From contig OY969569.1 of NCBI GenBank assembly GCA_963701185.1, positions 318,268-382,267 on the forward strand: 64,000 bases of DNA, written 5' to 3'. This DNA is from Candidatus Gottesmanbacteria bacterium (GTDB lineage: Bacteria > Patescibacteriota > Microgenomatia > UBA10105 > UBA927). Position 1 is the stretch's first letter; each line of letters begins with the position of its first letter. The notes below the pieces were generated by a model. The model saw only the letters and a program-made list of their open reading frames with translations. It ran no database searches and was not told where the DNA came from. Both the position numbers and the translations under genes were made by a program. Shown one piece after another: positions 28,956 to 38,684 of the stretch.

Positions 28956-29577
28956 GATCGAAGTTATTGGCTCCTGGATTATACACTTTATTTCTACCTT
29001 GGGATATTTCGGCGTTTTCATTCTGATGACTCTTGAGTCTGCGCTTATTCCCATTCCGTCAGAGGTGACGATGCCGTTTTCCGGATCGCTCATCGCATCC
29101 GGCCAGTTTAATTTCTGGGTACTCGTCATTGTGGGAACTGTAGGAAACCTCGTCGGATCACTGCTGGCGTATTGGCTGGGCGCATGGGGACAGGAGGCGG
29201 TCGTGCGAAAAGTCATCGTCAAATACGGAAAATATATTCTTGTCTCTGAACACGAATATGACCGGTCGGAGACGTGGTTTCGAAATCACGGAGAATTAAT
29301 GGTGTTCGCGTCACGGGTACTGCCTGTTCTGCGGACCTTTATTTCGCTTCCTGCGGGAGTTGCCAAAATGAATCTTCCGAGATTTATTATCTATACGACG
29401 GTCGGGTCCTTTATTTGGTCATTTATATTGACAAAAATCGGAGTGACGCTTGGCGCCAACTGGCAATCACTGGAAGGATATTTCAGAAAATTTGATGTCG
29501 TGATTGTCGTTTTCTGCGTGGGTGTTGTTGCGTGGTATATCTGGCACAAACTCAAGAAAGTCAAACGAATTTCCTAA
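28954..29577 (+). CDS. dedA: DedA/SNARE-associated (VTT-domain) membrane protein.
   Basis: It has the ESALIPIPSEV motif and 4-5 TM helices. Confidence 0.75.
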   Translation: MIEVIGSWIIHFISTLGYFGVFILMTLESALIPIPSEVTMPFSGSLIASGQFNFWVLVIVGTVGNLVGSLLAYWLGAWGQEAVVRKVIVKYGKYILVSEHEYDRSETWFRNHGELMVFASRVLPVLRTFISLPAGVAKMNLPRFIIYTTVGSFIWSFILTKIGVTLGANWQSLEGYFRKFDVVIVVFCVGVVAWYIWHKLKKVKRIS

Positions 29578-30184
29578 TGAGTCCGACAACTTTCCCCTGA
29601 ATTTTGACGTGCGTGGTGAATATCGGGGACATGGTGGCATTTGCCGGCATGAGCTTGATCCGCTCTTTTTCAAAATAAATGCGCTTGAGGGTGGCGAATC
29701 CGTTGGGCAGAAGCGCAACCACGATATCGCCGTTTTGCGCATCCTGCTGATGTTGGACGACCACAAAATCACCATCCATAATGCCGTCATCAATCATGGA
29801 TGTCCCCTTTACCTGCAATACATAGCTGGGTTTTGCGCCCGAGACCATATTGGGGGCCACGGAAATGTAATAATTCGGGTCTGTATAGGGCTCAAGCGGG
29901 CTCCCTGCGGCGATAAATCCGAGAACGGGGAGTTCGATTGCCGATTTTCCGGTTGCGGCCCGGGCATACGATTCCACTATTTCAAGCCCGCGCGCCGTAC
30001 CATCCAATTTCCGGATAAATCCTTTCTGGCGAAGTTTGTCCACGTGTTCATGGACAGTGGCCGGCGAGCCCATACCGAGCGCGTCACCGATCTCCTTCAG
30101 CGTGGGCGCATAGCCGTACCGCTGGATAAATTGCGCAATAAACTCGAGAAGTTGTCGTTCTCTGTTGTATAATGTAGCGGGCAT
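29561..30184 (-). CDS. lexA: LexA repressor (S24 peptidase).
   Basis: It has an N-terminal wHTH, a GTSMIDDGIMDGDFVVV Ser site and a downstream Lys (ATLKRIY). Confidence 0.85.
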   Translation of the reverse strand: MPATLYNRERQLLEFIAQFIQRYGYAPTLKEIGDALGMGSPATVHEHVDKLRQKGFIRKLDGTARGLEIVESYARAATGKSAIELPVLGFIAAGSPLEPYTDPNYYISVAPNMVSGAKPSYVLQVKGTSMIDDGIMDGDFVVVQHQQDAQNGDIVVALLPNGFATLKRIYFEKERIKLMPANATMSPIFTTHVKIQGKVVGLIRKFV

Positions 30185-30222
30185 ATAGTTAGTATTCCAA
30201 AATTTACCCGAAATGTCAAGAT

Positions 30223-32199
30223 ATGAAATTTACCCTGCATAGTGATTTTAAGCCGACAGGAGATCAGCCGGAGGCAATTGCCGCGCTTATCAAAAATCTG
30301 GAGAATAAAAAAGCCGAACAGGTGCTTCTGGGCGTAACGGGATCCGGAAAAACGTTTACCCTGGCAAACGTTATTGCAAAAGTGCAGAAACCCACGCTTA
30401 TCATTTCCCACAACAAGACGCTTGCGGCCCAGCTGTATCAGGAATTCCGCGATTTTTTCCCGAAAAACGCCGTCTCGTATTTCGTTTCGTATTACGATTA
30501 TTACCAGCCGGAGGCCTACATTCCGACAACGGACACCTATATTGAAAAAGAAACGGAGATCAACGAAGAAATCGATAAATTGCGGCTTGCGGCAACCACG
30601 AATATCCTCACGAGAAAAGATACCATCATCGTTGCCTCCGTTTCCTGCATCTACAACATCGGCTCGCCCAAGGAATACGGAAATTTTGTTCTGGAGCTCG
30701 CGCCCGGCATGAAAGTCGCCCGCAAAAGTATTTTTGACCGCCTGGTACAACTCCAGTATGAAAGAAACGACTACGGCTTCCATCGGAGCACATTCCGCGT
30801 ACGGGGAGACACGATAGATATTTTCCCTGCATACGAGGATACGGCGATACGGTTAATTTATACGTCAGATCAATTAAACCAAATTATAAAATTAGACCCG
30901 CTCACAGGTAAAACGATAGAGGTTCTCCCCGGCACCGTTATTTATCCTGCCAAACATTACATGACCAATCCCGCCTCCTATAAAAGCGTGTTTAAGCAAA
31001 TTGAGGCGGACATGCGGGCACAGGTTAAAAAATTCAAGTCCGAAGGAAAACTGATTGAGGCGCAGCGCATCGAGCAGAAAGTCACCTATGACCTCGAGAT
31101 GATCAATGAAATGGGGTACGTCAACGGCATCGAAAACTATTCCCGTTACTTTGACGGAAGACAGCCCGGCCAGCCGCCGTATTCTCTTATGGATTATTTT
31201 AAAGAAGCGGCCGGCGACGACTGGCTCCTGTGTATCGACGAGTCGCATATGACGGTTCCGCAGGTCCGCGGCATGTATAACGGCGACCGCACGCGCAAAC
31301 AGACGCTGATTGATTACGGATTCAGGCTTCCGGCGGCCCTGGATAACCGGCCGCTGCGATTTGATGAGTTTATGCGAAACATCCCCCAGACCATTTATGT
31401 CTCCGCCACCCCTGCCGACTGGGAAATGGATCGCGTTAAACGCGACGGGCTCGTAGAACAGCTCGTGAGGCCGACCGGATTATTGGATCCTATCGTCTCC
31501 GTGCGTCCTGTTTCGGGTCAAATTGATGATTTGTTTAAGGAAATTACGGTGCGGGTTGCAAGAAAAGAACGTGTGCTTGTTACCACGCTTACCAAACAGA
31601 TGGCAGAGGATTTATCTGAATTTTTAGCCGCGCGCGATATTAACGTTCACTATCTGCATTCAGAAGTTCTTACGCTGGACCGGTCAGATATTTTGGATGA
31701 CTTACGCAGCGGCAAATACGATGTCATCGTCGGTGTCAATCTGCTTCGAGAAGGGTTAGATCTCCCTGAAGTATCTCTTGTTGCCATTTTGGATGCCGAT
31801 AAAGAGGGATTTCTGCGGAGCAGAACAAGCCTCGTTCAGACGATGGGCAGGGCAGCCCGTCACGTCTCGGGTGAAGTTATTTTATACGCCGATACGATTA
31901 CGGATTCCATTGCCGCCGCCCTGGATGAAGTGAGACGCCGCCGCCAAGCGCAGGAAATCTACAATAAAAAACACGGCATTATGCCGGAAAGTATTCATAA
32001 GCCGATCCGGAACCGGTTAGTTGAAAAAAAGGAAGAACAGATAGAATTGTTGCCCGTCGAATCCATGACGCCGCTGGATAAAAAGAAATACATCGCACGC
32101 CTTACGAAAGAAATGCGCCAGGCGTCGCGTGATTTAAACTTCGAGCTGGCAGCCCAACTGCGGGACCATATCGGCACCCTACAAGGAGAGTCCTCGTAG
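30223..32199 (+). CDS. uvrB: Excinuclease ABC subunit B.
   Basis: There is a helicase fold (GVTGSGKT), a beta-hairpin region and a C-terminal UVR motif. The last 7 codons and the stop are supplied by a REP copy. Confidence 0.95.
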   Translation: MKFTLHSDFKPTGDQPEAIAALIKNLENKKAEQVLLGVTGSGKTFTLANVIAKVQKPTLIISHNKTLAAQLYQEFRDFFPKNAVSYFVSYYDYYQPEAYIPTTDTYIEKETEINEEIDKLRLAATTNILTRKDTIIVASVSCIYNIGSPKEYGNFVLELAPGMKVARKSIFDRLVQLQYERNDYGFHRSTFRVRGDTIDIFPAYEDTAIRLIYTSDQLNQIIKLDPLTGKTIEVLPGTVIYPAKHYMTNPASYKSVFKQIEADMRAQVKKFKSEGKLIEAQRIEQKVTYDLEMINEMGYVNGIENYSRYFDGRQPGQPPYSLMDYFKEAAGDDWLLCIDESHMTVPQVRGMYNGDRTRKQTLIDYGFRLPAALDNRPLRFDEFMRNIPQTIYVSATPADWEMDRVKRDGLVEQLVRPTGLLDPIVSVRPVSGQIDDLFKEITVRVARKERVLVTTLTKQMAEDLSEFLAARDINVHYLHSEVLTLDRSDILDDLRSGKYDVIVGVNLLREGLDLPEVSLVAILDADKEGFLRSRTSLVQTMGRAARHVSGEVILYADTITDSIAAALDEVRRRRQAQEIYNKKHGIMPESIHKPIRNRLVEKKEEQIELLPVESMTPLDKKKYIARLTKEMRQASRDLNFELAAQLRDHIGTLQGESS

Positions 32200-32202
32200 G
32201 GT
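32178..32202. repeat. REP-like repeat, copy 5 (opposite orientation), forming the 3' end of uvrB.
   Basis: The sequence is cctacaaggagagtcctcgtagg. It encodes TLQGESS and the stop. Confidence 0.8.
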
Positions 32203-32262
32203 ACTCGACTATCGTGTATAATACCAAAGCCCCGGGAACATCCGAGGGCGGTTTGGGGTTGT

Positions 32263-35175
32263 ATGGATACAATAATCATCAAAGGTGCGCGGCAGCATAA
32301 TTTAAAAAATATTAATCTTGAGCTTCCGAAGAATAAGCTCATCGTATTCACCGGCTTATCAGGATCCGGAAAGTCTTCTTTGGCTTTTGACACGATTTAT
32401 GCGGAAGGGCAGCGGAGATATGTTGAATCGTTAAGTTCGTACGCCCGGCAGTTTTTGGGCATCATGGACAAGCCCGATGTAGACAGCATCCAGGGGCTTT
32501 CCCCATCAATATCTATTGACCAGAAATCCGCATCGCACAACCCACGCTCCACCGTCGGCACAGTAACGGAAATATACGATTATCTGCGCCTCCTTTTTGC
32601 ACGCATCGGGCACCCTCACTGTCCCATCTGCGGCAGGGAAATAAGCAAACAGAGCAGCCAGCAGATCGTCGACCAGATTCTTGCGTGTGTACATAAATAT
32701 ACCGGGAAATATTACCGGTTTATGATATTTTCTCCCGTTGTCCGCGACCGGAAAGGGGAATTCCGCGGATTATTTGAAAATCTTCAGGCCAAAGGATACA
32801 GAGAAGTGCGCGTTGACCGCCATTTCTTCAGTTTAGACGAGGATCTCGTACTCATTAAAACCAATAAACATTCGATCGACGCCGTCATAGACAAAATTAG
32901 TTTAGACCATAAAACGGTAAAAGCTCCCGAACTTCGTTCCCGCATCACGGACGCGGTTGATCAGGCATTGGCGCTTTCAGAAGGCGTTGTCGTTATCGGA
33001 GAAATAGGAGACACGGGATTTGCGATTCCCGAGAAGCCCAAAAAAGTGCACGATCATATCTATTCGGAAAAATTTTCGTGTCCTGTCGATAATATCTCGC
33101 TTGCCGAAGTGGAACCGAGATCATTTTCATTCAATTCGCCGCAGGGAGCCTGTCCGACCTGCAGCGGCATCGGTACGATTCTGACTGTTGATCCGGACCT
33201 CGTTATCCGCCCGGAACTTTCCATCACTGAGGGCGGTATCCTCCCGTTCGCACGAATGTTTTTCCATGACACCTGGTTTTCCCGTGTAGTCTCTACGGTT
33301 GCCCAGCGTTCCGGCATAAACCCGCATGCGCCGCTCAAACATATGACCGCCAAACAAAAGGATGTGCTCCTTCACGGCACAGACAACACCAGGTACCGCG
33401 TCGTCGGGAAAAACCGCTTTGGAGACACGACCACAATTGAAGAGACATATCCCGGGATTATCGCGGAACTCAAACGCAGATACCTCGAATCCGAATCTGA
33501 TTTCGTACGCGCGGAAATTGAAAAATATATGCGCGAGGAAGTCTGCGCCACCTGTGCGGGGAGACGTCTTAAAAACGAATCCCTCACTGTCACGATCGAT
33601 AAATTTTCCATTGCTGATGTTACGGAACTCTCGATATCGGATTGTCTTGACTGGATAAGTACGCTCTTAACCAAAACATTGAGCGACACAGAAAAAACGA
33701 TTGCTGCACCTGTGGTCAAAGAAATCAAAGCCCGTCTCACGTTCCTGAACGCTGTGGGGCTTACCTACCTTACGCTCGGACGGGCGGCAATGACGCTGTC
33801 GGGGGGCGAGGCCCAAAGAATCCGTCTTGCATCCCAAATCGGATCGGGATTGTCGGGAGTCCTGTATGTACTCGACGAACCGTCTATCGGACTGCACCAG
33901 AAAGACAATTACGCACTCATCCAGACACTCAAGATGCTGCGGGATCTTGGCAATACCGTCATCGTGGTCGAGCATGACCGCGAAACCATGGAGGAAGCGG
34001 ACCACATCGTCGATTTCGGCCCGGGCGCAGGAGAACACGGAGGCGCCGTGGTTGCCCAGGGAACAGTAGATACTATTAAACAAACACGATCTTCTATTAC
34101 CGGACAGTTTTTGATCGGCAAACGGACAATTTCCCGCCCGCACCAGCCTCAAAGACTGTCTTTGATAAAGACAGTCTTTGAACAGCTCACGGTTGTACAG
34201 GCTTCACAAAACAATCTGAAACAGATTGACGTTTCGTTTCCGTTAGGTAAATTTATCTGCGTGACCGGCGTTTCGGGGTCGGGCAAATCAACGCTGGTTG
34301 TGGAAACCCTGTATCGGGCACTCCTCACCCACTTTTATCCGTTTACAAAAGAAAAACCGGGCAAACATACGGAAATGAAAGGATTGGAACATATTGATAA
34401 AGTCATCCTCATCGACCAGTCTCCGATCGGTCGGACTCCGCGCAGTAATGCCGCTACCTATACGGGCATTTTCTCCGTCATCCGTGATATTTTTGCCCAA
34501 ACCTCCGAATCGCGGCTGCGTGGATATAAAACGGGCAGGTTTTCTTTCAATGTAAAAGGCGGCCGGTGTGAGACCTGCGAAGGGGAAGGCCAGAAAAAAA
34601 TTGAAATGCAGTTTCTATCGGACATTTATGTAACCTGCGAAGTGTGTCAGGGTAAACGATATAACGCGGAAACACTTGAGATCGTCTATCACGGAAAAAA
34701 TATTGCGCAGGTTCTGGATATGACGGTTGAGGAAGCGCGTACGTTTTTTGCCCATTACCCGTCACTGTCGGATAAACTAAAAACTATTTTTGATGTCGGC
34801 CTCGGGTACGTCCATCTGGGACAACCCGCCCCCACCCTGTCCGGGGGCGAAGCCCAGCGCGTGAAACTTGCAACGGAATTGTCCAGGCGCGCCACCGGCA
34901 GAACCGTGTATATTCTGGACGAACCCACAACGGGGTTACATTTTGCGGATCTGGAAAAATTACTCTTAGTCCTACACCGGCTCACGGAGATGGGCAATAC
35001 CGTGATTGTTATCGAACACAATCTCGACATGGTGAAAAATGCGGATTGGATTATCGATTTGGGACCCGACGGCGGAGATCGCGGGGGAGAGATTATTGCT
35101 GAGGGTCCGCCCGCGGATATTGTGAAAAGCAAAAAATCGTATACGGGACAATTCCTCAAGAACTTAGTAGAATAA
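32263..35175 (+). CDS. uvrA: Excinuclease ABC subunit A.
   Basis: It has two ABC ATPase modules (GLSGSGKSSL and [10 protein letters not shown], plus LSGGEAQR twice) and CxxC zinc fingers. Confidence 0.95.
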   Translation: MDTIIIKGARQHNLKNINLELPKNKLIVFTGLSGSGKSSLAFDTIYAEGQRRYVESLSSYARQFLGIMDKPDVDSIQGLSPSISIDQKSASHNPRSTVGTVTEIYDYLRLLFARIGHPHCPICGREISKQSSQQIVDQILACVHKYTGKYYRFMIFSPVVRDRKGEFRGLFENLQAKGYREVRVDRHFFSLDEDLVLIKTNKHSIDAVIDKISLDHKTVKAPELRSRITDAVDQALALSEGVVVIGEIGDTGFAIPEKPKKVHDHIYSEKFSCPVDNISLAEVEPRSFSFNSPQGACPTCSGIGTILTVDPDLVIRPELSITEGGILPFARMFFHDTWFSRVVSTVAQRSGINPHAPLKHMTAKQKDVLLHGTDNTRYRVVGKNRFGDTTTIEETYPGIIAELKRRYLESESDFVRAEIEKYMREEVCATCAGRRLKNESLTVTIDKFSIADVTELSISDCLDWISTLLTKTLSDTEKTIAAPVVKEIKARLTFLNAVGLTYLTLGRAAMTLSGGEAQRIRLASQIGSGLSGVLYVLDEPSIGLHQKDNYALIQTLKMLRDLGNTVIVVEHDRETMEEADHIVDFGPGAGEHGGAVVAQGTVDTIKQTRSSITGQFLIGKRTISRPHQPQRLSLIKTVFEQLTVVQASQNNLKQIDVSFPLGKFICVTGVSGSGKSTLVVETLYRALLTHFYPFTKEKPGKHTEMKGLEHIDKVILIDQSPIGRTPRSNAATYTGIFSVIRDIFAQTSESRLRGYKTGRFSFNVKGGRCETCEGEGQKKIEMQFLSDIYVTCEVCQGKRYNAETLEIVYHGKNIAQVLDMTVEEARTFFAHYPSLSDKLKTIFDVGLGYVHLGQPAPTLSGGEAQRVKLATELSRRATGRTVYILDEPTTGLHFADLEKLLLVLHRLTEMGNTVIVIEHNLDMVKNADWIIDLGPDGGDRGGEIIAEGPPADIVKSKKSYTGQFLKNLVE

Positions 35176-35176
35176 A

Positions 35177-36979
35177 TTGATGAGAAAGATTTGGCTTTTG
35201 TTCATCTATTTTTTCTTTGCAACTCCAATCTTCGCAAGCGGGGAATTTCAGGCCGATTACAACGTACAATATGCAATCGCCCCGTCAGGCACCACCATCG
35301 TCACGCAGAATATCACCCTTACCAACAAACAGACCAACCTGTATCCGCAAAAATATTCGATCGTGATCGACAGCACAAACATAAAAAATGTCATCGCGTA
35401 CGACAGCAGCCAGATCGTGCCGGCCGATATTGCGCAAAAAGACGGCAAAACGGAAATTCTTCTTACGTTCAACGACAAGGTAGTCGGACTGGACAAACAA
35501 CTCTCGTTTACGCTTCGGTTTGAAAACGGTGATATTGCCCGGAAAAACGGCAGCATCTGGGAGGTTAACGTCCCGGGAATCGCCCCTGATGCTGATATCG
35601 CAAGCTATTTTGTATCGCTTTCTGTTCCGCAATCGTTCGGTCCGAACGCCTATATGACCCCGCTGCCGGCTGCGGGGGGGCGGTGGAACCGCCAGCAAAT
35701 GATGACCGGAGGGGTCAGTGCCGCTTATGGAACCAGTCAAACATTTGATATTCACCTGTCCTATTATTTGGAGAACCCGCGGATGACCCCGGAGCATGCT
35801 GAAATCGCTCTTCCGCCGGATACGGCCTATCAGACAGTGATCATTGAATCGCTTGACCCTAAACCCACAACCGTCACCCGCGACGCGGACGGAAATTGGC
35901 TCGCTCAGTATTCCTTGTTGCCGGGCGCGAAACTTTCCATAGAAGCATCGCTTCATATTGCCGTACTCCTGGATCCCAAGGACGGATATACCGATGAGGT
36001 TCCGGATCAGACACTCTACACCTCCACGCAAAAATACTGGGAGGCAAATAACCCCCAGATCCAGGAACTCGCGAAAAAATATACCACGCCGCGGGCCATC
36101 TATACGTATGTATCTCAAACGCTGGGCTATGACTATACGCGTGTTTCCCAGACACCCATAAGGAAAGGCGCCGTATTAAGCCTCGCGACACCGGAAAATT
36201 CCATCTGCATGGAATTTACCGATTTATTCATCGCGATTGCGCGGGCGGCAGGCATTCCCGCACGAGAGGCCGTGGGGTACGCCTACACCACAAACAGCCG
36301 TCTGCGGCCGTTATCGCTCGTTGCTGACGTATTGCACGCATGGCCTGAATATTATGACGGCGCACGGAAGCTGTGGGTGCCGGTTGACCCGACGTGGGCC
36401 AATACGACCGGCGGAGTCAATTATTTCGACAAGCTGGATTTTAACCATATCGTGTTTGCCATATACGGGAAATCAAGTGATTATCCGTATCCCGCAGGCT
36501 TCTACCGCAAAAACGGTAAAACAACGAAAGACGTCGCGGTTGTATTTGCCACAAGCCGATTCACCCAGCCCGTAAGCAAACTGAATACAGCAATCTCATT
36601 CCCGAAACTCGTGACGGCCGGCCTAAACTCACGCGGAGAAGTCACCGTGAAAAACACAACCGGAGCTGCCGTATCCCAGGTTTCCGTTGCCATACAATCA
36701 ACGCCTATCGATGTCGCAGTAGCAAAAACCGCAATGAATGTACCGCCGTTTTCTACTTTAACGTATCCCATTGTCATCGCCATTCCGAATTATTTTACAT
36801 CCGGAACCGGCAGGATCGTGACCAACGTAAACGGGCAGATACAACAGTATGTATTTACCATTCAGCCGATCACGGCATATTTCATCATTCCCATTCTTAG
36901 CTTTAGTGCTATACTAATCATTCTTCTTGTTCTGACACTACGAAGATCTCATATATGGAAACACCGCAAGAAACGTTAA
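35177..36979 (+). CDS. Secreted/membrane-anchored transglutaminase-like protein.
   Basis: There is a signal peptide and a transglutaminase core, SICMEFTDLFIAIARAAGIPAREAVGY. A C-terminal TM helix follows. Confidence 0.6.
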   Translation: MMRKIWLLFIYFFFATPIFASGEFQADYNVQYAIAPSGTTIVTQNITLTNKQTNLYPQKYSIVIDSTNIKNVIAYDSSQIVPADIAQKDGKTEILLTFNDKVVGLDKQLSFTLRFENGDIARKNGSIWEVNVPGIAPDADIASYFVSLSVPQSFGPNAYMTPLPAAGGRWNRQQMMTGGVSAAYGTSQTFDIHLSYYLENPRMTPEHAEIALPPDTAYQTVIIESLDPKPTTVTRDADGNWLAQYSLLPGAKLSIEASLHIAVLLDPKDGYTDEVPDQTLYTSTQKYWEANNPQIQELAKKYTTPRAIYTYVSQTLGYDYTRVSQTPIRKGAVLSLATPENSICMEFTDLFIAIARAAGIPAREAVGYAYTTNSRLRPLSLVADVLHAWPEYYDGARKLWVPVDPTWANTTGGVNYFDKLDFNHIVFAIYGKSSDYPYPAGFYRKNGKTTKDVAVVFATSRFTQPVSKLNTAISFPKLVTAGLNSRGEVTVKNTTGAAVSQVSVAIQSTPIDVAVAKTAMNVPPFSTLTYPIVIAIPNYFTSGTGRIVTNVNGQIQQYVFTIQPITAYFIIPILSFSAILIILLVLTLRRSHIWKHRKKR

Positions 36980-38196
36980 AAAAACTTCCACACGCCCCCG
37001 GCGTGTATCTCTACCGTGACCATAGCGGTACCATTCTCTACATCGGCAAAGCAAAAGACCTCAAAAAACGCATCTCCACAAGCGAGAAAACGAAACTTCT
37101 TATCTCTCAAATTTCCACCATTGAAACAATACGAACGGCGAGTGAATTTGATGCATTGCTGTTGGAGGCCAAACTTATCCATGACAACGCACCGAAATAT
37201 AATGTTGTACTTAAAGACGATAAAAGCCCGCTGTATATCCTCCTTACCATCTCGGAACCGCTCCCTCATGTCTACACGATGCGCAGAAGCGATTTGCCCA
37301 AACGTATTGACCGCCGGGACGCGCTGTTTGGACCATTCCAATCTGCAACTATGGTCCGTTCTATTTTAGGGCAACTCCGACATACTATCCCATTCTGTAC
37401 ACAAAAAAGACGGACGGGTAAACCTTGCTTTTATTCGCATATCGGGTTATGTAATCCCTGTCCGTCCGCTGCCGGCACGGATAAAGCTGCGTATCGTAGA
37501 AATATCTTCCGGTTAAAAAATATTCTGTCAGGCAAATCGGATGCTGTTATCCGCGATTTAGAAAAGGATATGGAGACGGACGCCCGCCAAAAAAGATTTG
37601 AAGACGCAGCCCTTCTTCGAAATCACTTACAAAATCTTCACAGTATGCTTTCCAAAAAGTATGACCCGATGGTGTATATGAATGCGACCTCGGCGGTCAA
37701 AGATATTTATGCAAACGAGCTTTCGGCTCTTGGCACAATCCTTGGCATTCCCGTCCCCCGCCGGATTGAATGTATCGACATCTCAAATACGGGAGGTATG
37801 CAGGCAACAGGATCATTAGTCGTTCTTACCGACGGGAGGCCGGACAGCAGTCAATATCGAAGATTCCGCATCCGACGGGAAAATACCCCGAATGATACCG
37901 CCATGATTGCAGAGGTTGTGGCGAGACGATTTTCCCATTCCGAGTGGCCGAAACCTGACTTGCTCGTTATTGATGGGGGAAAGGGACAAGTTCGTGCGGC
38001 GCAAAATGCGCCGGTCCCGGTCATCGGTTTAGCCAAGCACTTTGAATCGATCATTGTACCGCAGGGCCGAGATTTTAAAGTTATCAGGGTTCCGTACACC
38101 AGCGCCGCACTGCATGTGCTGGAGCGCATCCGTGACGAAGCCCACCGCTTTGCCGTCACCTACCACCGCCTCCTCAGAAAAAAATCCTTTTTATAA
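36955..38196 (+). CDS. uvrC: Excinuclease ABC subunit C, a compact form lacking the C-terminal (HhH)2 domain.
   Basis: It has GIY-YIG (GVYLYRDHSGTILYIGKAKDLKKR), a UVR motif (FEDAALLRNHLQNL), an RNase H-like endonuclease domain (IECIDISNTGG) and IRDEAHRFA. Confidence 0.8.
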   Translation: METPQETLKKLPHAPGVYLYRDHSGTILYIGKAKDLKKRISTSEKTKLLISQISTIETIRTASEFDALLLEAKLIHDNAPKYNVVLKDDKSPLYILLTISEPLPHVYTMRRSDLPKRIDRRDALFGPFQSATMVRSILGQLRHTIPFCTQKRRTGKPCFYSHIGLCNPCPSAAGTDKAAYRRNIFRLKNILSGKSDAVIRDLEKDMETDARQKRFEDAALLRNHLQNLHSMLSKKYDPMVYMNATSAVKDIYANELSALGTILGIPVPRRIECIDISNTGGMQATGSLVVLTDGRPDSSQYRRFRIRRENTPNDTAMIAEVVARRFSHSEWPKPDLLVIDGGKGQVRAAQNAPVPVIGLAKHFESIIVPQGRDFKVIRVPYTSAALHVLERIRDEAHRFAVTYHRLLRKKSFL

Positions 38197-38220
38197 ACCT
38201 ACGAGGACTCTCCTTGTAGG
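38197..38220. repeat. REP-like repeat, copy 6, directly after the uvrC stop.
   Basis: The sequence is acctacgaggactctccttgtagg. Confidence 0.8.
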
Positions 38221-38256
38221 CTTCGTAGGCACTAACGTTGACCATACTCATTTGTT

Positions 38257-38679
38257 TTGTTACCATTGAGGCTGATGAAGCACATCATCCGGGTGTTCCT
38301 CTTTAACGTATTTGCCCTTTGGCTTTCGAGCCAGATTCTTCCCACTCTCTACATCCCGCCGGGTTGGCAGACGGTCATCTTTGCAGGAGTAACCCTGTCA
38401 ATTCTTATGCTTATCGTCAAACCCATTTTAAAAATTCTCTTCATTCCTATCAATATTCTCACCTTCGGACTGTTAAATTGGGTCATCAATGTCATTGTCA
38501 TCTATCTCCTCACCGTCTTTGTCCCGGAAATCGCGATCCGACTTTGGATATTTCCGGGAGCCACATGGGCAGGATTTGTCATACCGTCTATCCATTTTAC
38601 CTATGTCACCGCTCTCATCGCCTCCAGCCTTCTTATCACGATCATCACTGATGTGCTACACTACGTCAGCGAAGACTAA
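38257..38679 (+). CDS. Small 4-TM membrane protein (DUF360/phage-holin-family-4-like).
   Basis: It is 140 aa with four hydrophobic helices and GW...TxGLLNW-type spacing. Confidence 0.4.
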   Translation: MLPLRLMKHIIRVFLFNVFALWLSSQILPTLYIPPGWQTVIFAGVTLSILMLIVKPILKILFIPINILTFGLLNWVINVIVIYLLTVFVPEIAIRLWIFPGATWAGFVIPSIHFTYVTALIASSLLITIITDVLHYVSED

Positions 38680-38684
38680 ACACC

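Noticed and set aside
28956-29222. An 89-codon N-terminal extension of the rsmI ORF (track start 29222).
   Set aside because: Canonical RsmI begins at MGILYIVSTPIGN. The extension is antisense to the well-supported dedA gene, is Ser/Thr/Pro-rich and has no known domain.
30185-30222. An explicit LexA box call in the lexA/uvrB spacer.
   Set aside because: No recognisable SOS-box consensus is present, nor any clear palindrome. I keep this only as a region of interest in the findings.
35285-36118. A 277-aa minus-strand ORF.
   Set aside because: It is antisense within the transglutaminase-like gene, with an Arg-rich, low-complexity translation.
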